DNA of 39,680 nt. Source: a virus (Duplodnaviria; Caudoviricetes). A program made the translations under genes and the position numbers. Within the stretch, counting starts at the first letter, position 1, and each line of letters opens with the position of its first letter. Below are positions 15,151 to 22,985 of the stretch, one piece after another. The stretch covers positions 1 through 39,680 of IMG/VR virus record IMGVR_UViG_3300036940_000698; one strand, given 5' to 3'. The notes beneath the pieces are model-generated. The model was not told where the DNA came from, searched no databases, and worked only from the letters and a program-made list of their open reading frames with translations.

Positions 15151-15885
15151 ATGAAGTGGGTCAAGCATATGACCAATTCACGGCGAGACCCCAAAATGCT
15201 GGCCGTCAAGCGCGAGTTCGGCCTGGCTGGTATCGGCATGTATTGGGTCACAGTCGAAGCCATAGCCGAGCATTATGGCGTCAACGGCACTCCATCCCTC
15301 TCTTTGGACCTCGCATCTTGGCGTGAATTGACGGCCATTTCTCCGCAAATGATGAGAAAATGGGCGGCATTTGGTGATGAAATGGCGCTCTTTTCAGCTT
15401 CATTTTCTGAAAAAACGCTGACTATTTCAATACCAAAAATCAAAGATATCAAGGACAACCACACTTCAAACTTGCAAGCGGCTTGTTCGCAAGAGGAAGA
15501 GGGAGAGAAAGAGGAAGAGAAGAATAAGAAGAGTACCCTAACGGGTACTTGTGCACAGGCTGCGCCTGAGCCCTCTCCGTCCTGCCCACACCAAGCCGTA
15601 ATCGACCTGTTCCACACCATCCTCCCGGAACTGCCCAGAGTCCGATCCTGGAACGAGACGAATAAGTCTCACCTACGGGCCCGGTGGAAGTCGGTCGGAC
15701 TTGACGGGCTGCGCATGGACTCGCTGGACGCGTGGGAAAGGCTTTTCCGCTACATCCGCACCTGCCCGTTTCTCATGGGGGCTACGCAACCTGGACCAGG
15801 GCGCAAACAGTTCGTGTCCAAGTTGCGATGGATCGTGAACCAGCAAAATTTCCAGAAGATCATCGAGGGCGACTATGAGGCATAG
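15151..15885 (+). CDS. Phage replication initiator (DUF4373-like N-terminus)
   Basis: WVKHMTNSRRDPKM...FGLAGIGMYW; charged linker; C-terminal LRWIVNQQNFQKIIEGDY. Confidence 0.8.
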   Translation: MKWVKHMTNSRRDPKMLAVKREFGLAGIGMYWVTVEAIAEHYGVNGTPSLSLDLASWRELTAISPQMMRKWAAFGDEMALFSASFSEKTLTISIPKIKDIKDNHTSNLQAACSQEEEGEKEEEKNKKSTLTGTCAQAAPEPSPSCPHQAVIDLFHTILPELPRVRSWNETNKSHLRARWKSVGLDGLRMDSLDAWERLFRYIRTCPFLMGATQPGPGRKQFVSKLRWIVNQQNFQKIIEGDYEA

Positions 15886-16216
15886 CGTTTTCAACGAGAT
15901 CAGCCTGTCCGAGTTGCGTCTATTCGCTATCTCCGGCCTCTGGCAGAACCCTCACCTGATTCCCGAGGCCGATGAGTTGAGTTTCATCTCCAACGGCGTT
16001 GCTTTCCCTATCTTCACGGCCATGCACAACCTGTACGAAATCGGCCAGCCTGTGACCCTGCCCAATATATTCGCTGAGTCCGGGTTTTCCTGGGACGTCG
16101 CCTACGGGCTTGCGGCCCTGGTCGATTACCCCATTTCCGAGGAGCAGGCCGAGAACTACCTGCGATACCTTTCAAACCGTTTTGAAATCAAGGAGGGCCA
16201 CTATGCGGCTGCCTGA
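15875..16216 (+). CDS. Stand-alone DnaB N-terminal-domain-like protein
   Basis: IFTAMHNLYEIGQPVTL resembles a DnaB-N helix motif; lies directly upstream of the helicase. Confidence 0.55.
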   Translation: MRHSVFNEISLSELRLFAISGLWQNPHLIPEADELSFISNGVAFPIFTAMHNLYEIGQPVTLPNIFAESGFSWDVAYGLAALVDYPISEEQAENYLRYLSNRFEIKEGHYAAA

Positions 16217-17189
16217 GTTTTCCGAGGAAGACCTCACCCAATCTATCACACTGGCTAAACGGTGGGTACGCAGGGCACAGGGCAAGTTCTCTGCCTACGT
16301 TTTCGGCAAGGAGACAGGCGTGGAGAATGTCCACCTGCGCGACCAACTCCTGGACGGTCTGGTGCGGCAAAAGCTGATCCAGCGCGATGAACAGCGCAAC
16401 GGTTGGTACCATCGCGTGGACACCGACCTGGTTCCAATGGACTGGCAGACAGCGCAGGTCGAGCCCTACCCGCTGTGGCTTCCGCTCGGCCTGAACGAGA
16501 AGGTCATCATCTCGCCCGGCAACATCATCGTCGTGGCCGGAGAGACGAACGCGGGCAAAACGGCGTTTGTCCTGAACACGGTCTATCGCAACCTCGCCGC
16601 GTTCGGCGGGGCGCACCAGAGCATCCGGCTGTTCAACTCCGAGATGCACCCGGCTGAACTCCGGGGACGCCTTCTGTCCATCGACCAGCGCCAGGGCCAT
16701 TGGGAGCAGGGGTTGGAAGCGTATTCGCGCACCAGGGATTTCCACCTCGTTGTCGATCCCGACGGGCTGAACGTCATCGACTACATGGAAAACCTGGACG
16801 AGTTCTGGAAAGTCGGCCAACAAATCCAGCAAATCCACAACGCGCTCCAGGGCGGCGTTGCCATTGTCTGCCTGCAAAAGAAGACCGGCGCGGACCTGGC
16901 CCGTGGTGCCGAGTTTACCCTGGAAAAAGCCCGTCTGGGACTGTCCATCTTTTTCGACGGCCACGCCAACTACATGCGCATCACCAAATGCAAGGCCCCC
17001 GCCACCTACCCGAACCCGCAAGGGCAAGAGGTCGATTTCACCATCCATGCCGGATCGAATCTTACCCCCATTCCCGACTGTGGGTGGGCTTGGGTGACCA
17101 AAGACCAGAGGGAGAGGCGGACCAAGACCAGGGACGCAGCGGAACGCCTGGCCATGCTCAACAACAGCAAATGCGGATTCAAGGGGTAG
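16203..17189 (+). CDS. DnaB/RecA-superfamily helicase ATPase
   Basis: Walker A AGETNAGKT, FNSEM, VIDY, CLQK. Confidence 0.8.
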   Translation: MRLPEFSEEDLTQSITLAKRWVRRAQGKFSAYVFGKETGVENVHLRDQLLDGLVRQKLIQRDEQRNGWYHRVDTDLVPMDWQTAQVEPYPLWLPLGLNEKVIISPGNIIVVAGETNAGKTAFVLNTVYRNLAAFGGAHQSIRLFNSEMHPAELRGRLLSIDQRQGHWEQGLEAYSRTRDFHLVVDPDGLNVIDYMENLDEFWKVGQQIQQIHNALQGGVAIVCLQKKTGADLARGAEFTLEKARLGLSIFFDGHANYMRITKCKAPATYPNPQGQEVDFTIHAGSNLTPIPDCGWAWVTKDQRERRTKTRDAAERLAMLNNSKCGFKG

Positions 17190-17193
17190 CTCT

Positions 17194-17307
17194 ATGCACA
17201 TATTCGACGAACAGACCGGCGAGTTCCGAGAATTGAACGGCGCTGACATCGCCTTGCTGGCCTTCTATCAGGCTGGCGGCAATCTCAGCCAGGAAGACAT
17301 CGAATGA
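17194..17307 (+). CDS. Small hypothetical protein (37 aa)
   Basis: MHIFDEQTGEF..., directly after the helicase. Confidence 0.4.
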   Translation: MHIFDEQTGEFRELNGADIALLAFYQAGGNLSQEDIE

Positions 17308-17427
17308 TACAGGTCAGGCGCACCGTTCCACGAACTGGTGGGGCGGGGACAGAACGAAGACGGAGCAGCGTGAACAATTGGCGAAACAGCCAAATAACCC
17401 GACCAATACGCGAAAATAGGAGGCGAC

Positions 17428-17799
17428 ATGCCCAAATATAGCCAACGATTTTGCAAGCGGTGCGGCGCGGACATCAGCCACCATCCCCACCCGAACGTGC
17501 ACTACTGCCAGCCGTCCGACGGCGGCGGTGAGTGCTACAAAAAGCGGCGGTGCGAGTTGACAGTTCAGGCCGCGAGAAAACGGGCCAGCAGGGCGAAAAA
17601 GGTTTGTGCCCACCCTGACTGCAACAACTACGTCAAGGACGTGACAAAGGAGTGCTGCTCCCATGCCTGTGGCCGTGACCTTGTCCTGATCCGCGCTCAG
17701 GAGGCGGAAACACGGTTCATAAGCGGCTACCTCGAATGGCCGTACAAATTGCCCATGGACCCGGCGGTCACGCCGTCGATGATGAACCCGATGGGATAG
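17428..17799 (+). CDS. Cys-rich metal-binding protein
   Basis: CKRC...YC...C; CAHPDC...CCSHAC; AGGAGG RBS. Confidence 0.7.
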   Translation: MPKYSQRFCKRCGADISHHPHPNVHYCQPSDGGGECYKKRRCELTVQAARKRASRAKKVCAHPDCNNYVKDVTKECCSHACGRDLVLIRAQEAETRFISGYLEWPYKLPMDPAVTPSMMNPMG

Positions 17800-17810
17800 G
17801 AGCAATTACG

Positions 17811-18017
17811 ATGCAGGTAGAATACGGCATTTTCACGGCACGATGCGGCAGGCCCCGCAAGTTGGCCCGGCTGATCCGAGCGGCGGCGATGGAGATCAAG
17901 GCACACCAGGCGGCGTTCATGCCGACCATGGAATACCGGAAGGTGCGCGGACCGTACATGGACAACGGGGCGGTGTGCATCGACTACGAGTTCGAACCGA
18001 TGAGGGCAGAGCTATGA
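17811..18017 (+). CDS. Hypothetical protein
   Basis: AGGAG RBS, coupled operon. Confidence 0.6.
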   Translation: MQVEYGIFTARCGRPRKLARLIRAAAMEIKAHQAAFMPTMEYRKVRGPYMDNGAVCIDYEFEPMRAEL

Positions 18018-18253
18018 GCGTCCGCAAAGCACGCTGCGAGGTGACGCCTGAGGAGAAGCGGGCTCTGTACACCGGAGGGACCGTCCGCATGCTCGACACC
18101 CAGATCGAGGCCGAGGACAGCAACGTCCCACTGTGCTGCGCGGAAATGTTCGTCGACAAGGTGGAGTGCGTCCCGGACGAGCGGTCAGAGTGCATGATCT
18201 GCGGCAGGATCTGGAAGCTCGACGGTCTGCGATGGAGAATGTCGAACCTATGA
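18014..18253 (+). CDS. Hypothetical zinc-ribbon protein
   Basis: ATGA overlaps; LCC...CMICG. Confidence 0.6.
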   Translation: MSVRKARCEVTPEEKRALYTGGTVRMLDTQIEAEDSNVPLCCAEMFVDKVECVPDERSECMICGRIWKLDGLRWRMSNL

Positions 18254-18444
18254 CCAAGCCATGCGACACGAAAGAGTACCGCGACCGGCTGCCGTGCCTC
18301 GCACTGGACGGAAAGACCTGTTACGGCCGCCAATATTGGGACCGGGCCCGTGGGCTGGACCCGAAACAGATCAGCCACATGGCCGAATGTCCGTGGATTG
18401 AGAAGGTCCGCGAATACTGGCGAAGGAAGGGCTACGGGAAATGA
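18250..18444 (+). CDS. Hypothetical protein
   Basis: ATGA overlaps on both ends. Confidence 0.6.
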   Translation: MTKPCDTKEYRDRLPCLALDGKTCYGRQYWDRARGLDPKQISHMAECPWIEKVREYWRRKGYGK

Positions 18445-18833
18445 GCGACACCATCACCATCAAGCTGCCGTTCCCGCCGAGCGTGAACACGTACTACCGG
18501 CATATCACGATGGGTAAGGGGGCTAGGACACTTATCAGCGCGAAGGACAGGGAATACCGGGACACGGTCGTAGGCGAGTGCTGCGTGGCCCACCTGACCA
18601 ATATACACCTGGGCGGACGTCTGGCCGTGAAGGTGACGCTGTACCCGCCTGACCGGCGCAAGCGTGACCTGGACAATTTTAACAAAGGGCTGCTCGACGC
18701 GCTCACTCACGCCGGGATCTGGGGCGATGACTCCCAGATTGACGACCTGCGCGTGGTGCGCGGGGCCGTGGCCAAGGGCGGGTATGTCCTGGTCGAGGTG
18801 CGGGAGCTCGAAGTGTTGAGGATGGCGGGGTAG
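18441..18833 (+). CDS. rusA: RusA Holliday junction resolvase
   Basis: LPFPPSVNTYY, PPDRRKRDLDN, KGLLDAL, DDSQI. Confidence 0.92.
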   Translation: MSDTITIKLPFPPSVNTYYRHITMGKGARTLISAKDREYRDTVVGECCVAHLTNIHLGGRLAVKVTLYPPDRRKRDLDNFNKGLLDALTHAGIWGDDSQIDDLRVVRGAVAKGGYVLVEVRELEVLRMAG

Positions 18834-18841
18834 GAAACAGT

Positions 18842-18918
18842 CGGGGCGTGGCGCAGTCAGGTAGCGCGCCTGCTTTGGGAGCAGGATGCCGGGGGTTCGA
18901 ATCCCTCCGCCCCGACCA
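18842..18918 (+). tRNA. tRNA-Pro (UGG)
   Basis: CGGGGCG acceptor stem, CCTGC-TTTGGGA-GCAGG anticodon arm, GTTCGAATC T-loop, encoded CCA. Confidence 0.97.
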
Positions 18919-18928
18919 AGGAGAACCA

Positions 18929-19162
18929 GTGCAAGACATCACCATGCAGCGAATCCGGGCGAGGCTCGACACGGCCAGACGGGAACACCCCGAGTTCACC
19001 CCGCACGCCGGCGGGCTCTTCGAGGCCCTGGCCATCATCGTCGAAGAACACGGTGAGGTGGCGGCTGCCGCCAACGATGACGAGGGCGTGTCCCGGGTCA
19101 ATAATGAACTGCTCGACCTCATCGCCACGGGCATTCGGGCCCTGCAGGAGGAGTACAAATGA
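18929..19162 (+). CDS. MazG-like all-alpha NTP pyrophosphohydrolase
   Basis: EEHGEVA...ELLDL acidic motif; GTG start with AAGGAG RBS. Confidence 0.65.
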   Translation: MQDITMQRIRARLDTARREHPEFTPHAGGLFEALAIIVEEHGEVAAAANDDEGVSRVNNELLDLIATGIRALQEEYK

Positions 19163-19383
19163 CCGGACGCATCCCCGTTCCCCTCTGGACCTGGGCAGCC
19201 ATCGCCAAGTACTACGGCGTGGACGTCAGGAAGGCCAGGGCCTGGAAAGAGCAGGGCGCACCCATCCGCATGACGGACAAGGGCGCGTATGCCGAGGCGT
19301 GGCAGTTGAATGATTGGCTGTACTCGCAGCCGGAGGCCGGGTCTGGCCGGTGCCCTGGAAACCTGACACACAACAAGGCGTGA
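19159..19383 (+). CDS. Xis/MerR-like HTH DNA-binding protein, candidate late activator
   Basis: WAAIAKYYGVDVRKARAWKEQGAPI; last gene of the early-right operon. Confidence 0.65.
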   Translation: MTGRIPVPLWTWAAIAKYYGVDVRKARAWKEQGAPIRMTDKGAYAEAWQLNDWLYSQPEAGSGRCPGNLTHNKA

Positions 19384-19386
19384 GAG

Positions 19387-19409
19387 AGCCCCCGAAAGGG
19401 GGCTTTTTT
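19387..19409 (+). terminator. Rho-independent terminator
   Basis: AGCCCCC-GAAA-GGGGGCT followed by T tract. Confidence 0.9.
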
Positions 19410-19446
19410 GTGCCCGGGAAACACCTTGTCAAGGGTACATCTCCCA

Positions 19447-19506
19447 TGCATCCACCGTGCATCCACCGTGCATTCTCGAACACCCCTCAAAATCCCGTGT
19501 TAAAAT
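19447..19506 (+). promoter_or_regulatory. Putative late promoter with 11-bp direct repeats
   Basis: (TGCATCCACCG)x2 + TGCAT at 19447-19473; extended -10 TGt-TAAAAT at 19498-19506; poor -35. Confidence 0.55.
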
Positions 19507-19621
19507 CCAATCCACTACAAAAGGGTCCGTGTTTTGGCCCTGACCGGCTGCGCTGGCTACGGCTAGGCAGTCCGACACCAGGAGGCTTGACCGGACCACC
19601 ACGAATCGAAGGGATAGGTCC

Positions 19622-19783
19622 ATGGATATTCTCTCCACCATCCGCTCAGGCATGCAACACAGGTTCAACCCTCTGCATGTCTACTGCCGTCTGCGATGCG
19701 TCGGGTGCCCTGACAGGGTAGCCCGGCGCGTTGCGTTGGTGTGGGAGAGGGCCACGGCTTGGGCCCTGTACGGGGGGGCGTGA
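19622..19783 (+). CDS. Small protein (53 aa) with NPLHVYCRL motif
   Basis: Manual translation MDILSTIRSGMQHRFNPLHVYCRLRCVGCPDRVARRVALVWERATAWALYGGA; ends 3 nt before the next gene. Confidence 0.6.
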   Translation: MDILSTIRSGMQHRFNPLHVYCRLRCVGCPDRVARRVALVWERATAWALYGGA

Positions 19784-19786
19784 GGC

Positions 19787-20200
19787 ATGGAGACGGCCAC
19801 GCTCATACGGGACATCCAAAACGATGCCGTCACCTTCGGGACGCTGTCTCTCCCCTGGTGCGGTGTCGAGTGCCGGACGCTCGAATTGCCATGGCGCGAC
19901 AACGCCAACAACGTCTCATGCATCCCGGAGGGCCTCTATGGATTGGCTCCCGTCTACTCTCGAACCTTTGGCCATATATTGGCTGTTCGGGACGTTCCCG
20001 CGCGTTCCCTGGTTCGCGTACACGCTGGCAATCACACTGGCCATACCCACGGCTGCATCCTGACCGGCAAACGCACCGGGACGTTCCAGGGGCGGCCATT
20101 CATCTTCAATTCCCGCGATGCGCTGCGCGTGATCGTGTCCAATGTCCAGGCGCTCTACGGCCAAGGCGGCGAGTGCCAGCTGGAGGTCAGCTATGTTTGA
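19787..20200 (+). CDS. DUF5675 family protein, candidate endolysin
   Basis: TLELPWRDN...SCIPEGLY...VHAGN...THGCILTG. Confidence 0.8.
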   Translation: METATLIRDIQNDAVTFGTLSLPWCGVECRTLELPWRDNANNVSCIPEGLYGLAPVYSRTFGHILAVRDVPARSLVRVHAGNHTGHTHGCILTGKRTGTFQGRPFIFNSRDALRVIVSNVQALYGQGGECQLEVSYV

Positions 20201-20744
20201 TGCCCTGCTCAGTCTCGTTTCCGGTCCGCTCCTAGGCGGCATTTTCGGGTGTGTGAATGCCTACCTCGCCAACAAGGAAAAGGCGGCAGAACGCGAACAC
20301 GAAGTAGCCATGGCCAGGGAAGACCGCGAGACGCGCCGGGTAGAGGCCGAGATGCAGATGCGCGTCACCGAGGAAGAATTTTCGGGCAAGGCGTTTCTCG
20401 CGTCACAGACCGCCGGGAACAAGACGGCGCTGTCTTCATCGAATCTCAAGGTCATGCTCTCGGGCGGCTGGCTTATGCGGGTAATGGGCGGTTTCCTGGC
20501 CTTCCTCCTGGGGCTCACAGACGTGGCCCGAGGGGCCGTCCGGCCGGGCGTGACCATCTATCTGTCCATCGTTTGCACCAGCCTGCTCGATTCCGCGATG
20601 CGCTTCACAGGCGGCGTGCCCATCGCTCTGCAACAGGAGATAGCGACGGAGGGCGTGATCAGAATGTTCAACCTTCTCTCCATGATCGTGGCCTGGTGGT
20701 TCGGTGACCGCATGACCACCCGCATCATGAGGAGCGGGAGGTAG
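20193..20744 (+). CDS. Holin-like membrane protein (3TM type)
   Basis: Hydrophobic segments, VRPGVT and WWFGDR motifs; lysis cassette position. Confidence 0.7.
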   Translation: MFDALLSLVSGPLLGGIFGCVNAYLANKEKAAEREHEVAMAREDRETRRVEAEMQMRVTEEEFSGKAFLASQTAGNKTALSSSNLKVMLSGGWLMRVMGGFLAFLLGLTDVARGAVRPGVTIYLSIVCTSLLDSAMRFTGGVPIALQQEIATEGVIRMFNLLSMIVAWWFGDRMTTRIMRSGR

Positions 20745-20747
20745 CAG

Positions 20748-21020
20748 GTGAGCGACATTCACCAGTGGTTGCAGCTCGCCCTTGAATTCGTCGTCCTGTT
20801 CGGGGCCGTCATCATCATTCGGCGGGACAACGCCAAGAAGGATGAGAAGCTCAGCACCATTGAGCAACTGGTCACGGATATCAGGATCGGGATGAAGGAC
20901 TGCGTTACCTGGGACGAACTGAATCGGCAACTCGGGCCGCTGCGTAACCGGGGAGAGTCCCACGAAAAGCGCCTGGAAGCCATCGAAGTCCGCTGTAAGT
21001 TGCAGCACAAGGGAGAATGA
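20748..21020 (+). CDS. Single-TM plus coiled-coil protein (lysis accessory)
   Basis: N-terminal hydrophobic helix followed by coiled coil. Confidence 0.6.
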   Translation: MSDIHQWLQLALEFVVLFGAVIIIRRDNAKKDEKLSTIEQLVTDIRIGMKDCVTWDELNRQLGPLRNRGESHEKRLEAIEVRCKLQHKGE

Positions 21021-21424
21021 TCGAAATGCCTGGTGGGATCACATACTCGCACAAACTCGCCACGGATATTTGCCGGAAGATCGCCTCCGGCAAATCGCTG
21101 CGGAAGATATGTAAGCCTAAAACCATGCCCGACAAAGACACCGTAATCGGGTGGTCGTTTGGAGCAACAAGAGAGTCCTTGGAAGACAACTTCCCGGAGA
21201 TGTACCGACTCGCCCGGAAAGCCCAGGCAGAATATTACTACGACCAGTGCGTGGATATTGCCGACAACGCGAAGGATACCCAAAAAGCCAGGCTCCAGAT
21301 CGACATCCGTAAATGGGCAGCAGGAAAGATGAGGCCCAAGGTGTACGGCGACAAGATCAACATGGAGCATAGCGGGGGGATCACCCTGACGCACGAACAG
21401 GCCCTGGAGGAGCTGGATGACTGA
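21017..21424 (+). CDS. terS: Terminase small subunit (Sf6 gp1-like)
   Basis: ICRKIASGKSLRKIC...MP...IAD...ARLQIDIRKWAAGKMRPKVYGDK. Confidence 0.9.
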   Translation: MIEMPGGITYSHKLATDICRKIASGKSLRKICKPKTMPDKDTVIGWSFGATRESLEDNFPEMYRLARKAQAEYYYDQCVDIADNAKDTQKARLQIDIRKWAAGKMRPKVYGDKINMEHSGGITLTHEQALEELDD

Positions 21425-22985
21425 CCGGGAACAGGCCATACGCAAACGTCTCCGGGACGACTTTAAGCACTTCGCCAAGAAGTGTTTGAAGATTCGCGCC
21501 AAGAAGGCCGTTGTCAGCGAGGGCAAGCCGCAGAAGATCATCCCGTTCGAGTTCAACCGTGCCCAGGACTACATCAACGCCCGTCTCGACGAACAGCGGG
21601 AGCGGCAAGGTAAGGTCAGGGCGCTCATTCTCAAAGGACGGCAGCAGGGGTGCAGCACCTACGTGGGGGGGCGTTTCTACCACAAAACCACCCACCGCAA
21701 GGGCGTGAACACCTTCATCCTGACCCACCGAGACGACGCCACGAACAACTTGTTCAAGATGGTCAAGCGGTACCACAAGAACAACAACCCGCTGGTCACC
21801 CCGTCCACGTCGTATTCCAACCGAAAGGAACTGGTGTTCGACAAGCTGGACTCTTCCTATTCGCTGGGCACGGCGGGCGGTGACGGCGAGGTGGGGCGTT
21901 CGGACACCATCGACTATTTCCACGGGTCAGAGGTCGCCTTCTGGAAGAATCCGCAGAAGATACAGACCGGCGTTTTCCAGGCAGCCAACGAGGCCGAGGA
22001 GATCATCCTGGAGTCCACTGCCAACGGGTTCGACCCGATGTTCCATCCCATGTGGCAGGCGGCCGAGGCGGGGACAGGCGAATATATCGCCGTGTTCGTG
22101 CCCTGGTTCTGGCAGGACGAATATACCGCCGACCTGCCCGAGGGGTGGGAGCCGACAGCGGATGAGATTGATCTGTTCGCTCTGTACGAACGCGAGGGCA
22201 TGACCTGGCGGCATATCGCATGGAGGCGGAATAAGATCGCGTCGGACTTCTCCGGCGACGTGGTGCTGTTCAAGCAGGAATATCCTTGCTGCGCGGCCGA
22301 GGCCTTCCAGGTTACCGGCCATGAGTCGTTTATCAAGCCGGAGGTGGTCATAGCCGCCCGCAAGCGCCGTGACGTTGAGCATTCCGGCGCGCGCATCGTG
22401 GGCGTGGACCCGGCCAGGGGCGGGGACCGCACGGCGTTCTACAACCGGCAGGGCCGCGTGGCCTGGGCCGGGCGAGTGTTCCAGACACCGGACACCAAGG
22501 CCATCATCGGCGAGATTGTCCGACTGTTCACTGAGGAGACCGAGAACCCGGTGGATTGGATGTTCATCGACATCGGCGGGCTTGGCGGGCCGATCTACGA
22601 CCAGGTCAAAGACATGCCGTTCGGGCGGTGGATCATCCCGGTAAACTTCGGCTCCAAGGAAGTTTTCCGGCCTGAGCGGTACGAATACAAGCGCCCGGAG
22701 ATGTGGGGAAACATGCGGGATTGGCTGAGTAACGACGCCGAGCCGGTTTGCATCGAAGACAGCGATTCCCTGCAATCCGATCTGTGCGCGCCCGGGTACA
22801 CCTACGATAATCAGCAGCGCATCCAGTTGGAGAGCAAGAAAGACATGGCCAAGCGCGGGCAAAGGTCGCCGGATGAAGGCGATGCGTTGGCGCTGACGTT
22901 CGCCAAGCCCGTCATGGATAGGCACGACAGGGCGGGCGTAGGCCTCCACAACATGGGCATCAGCAAGGTTCGGAGACTGGCATGA
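21417..22985 (+). CDS. terL: Terminase large subunit
   Basis: LKGRQQGCST Walker A, HGSEVAFW, ESTANG, GVDPARGGD nuclease, SPDEGDAL. Confidence 0.95.
   Translation: MTDREQAIRKRLRDDFKHFAKKCLKIRAKKAVVSEGKPQKIIPFEFNRAQDYINARLDEQRERQGKVRALILKGRQQGCSTYVGGRFYHKTTHRKGVNTFILTHRDDATNNLFKMVKRYHKNNNPLVTPSTSYSNRKELVFDKLDSSYSLGTAGGDGEVGRSDTIDYFHGSEVAFWKNPQKIQTGVFQAANEAEEIILESTANGFDPMFHPMWQAAEAGTGEYIAVFVPWFWQDEYTADLPEGWEPTADEIDLFALYEREGMTWRHIAWRRNKIASDFSGDVVLFKQEYPCCAAEAFQVTGHESFIKPEVVIAARKRRDVEHSGARIVGVDPARGGDRTAFYNRQGRVAWAGRVFQTPDTKAIIGEIVRLFTEETENPVDWMFIDIGGLGGPIYDQVKDMPFGRWIIPVNFGSKEVFRPERYEYKRPEMWGNMRDWLSNDAEPVCIEDSDSLQSDLCAPGYTYDNQQRIQLESKKDMAKRGQRSPDEGDALALTFAKPVMDRHDRAGVGLHNMGISKVRRLA

Noticed and set aside
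18842-18918. tRNA-Pro as the attachment site
   Set aside because: Internal to the phage early operon and far from the integrase; no duplicate 3' end seen; att sites probably lie outside the window
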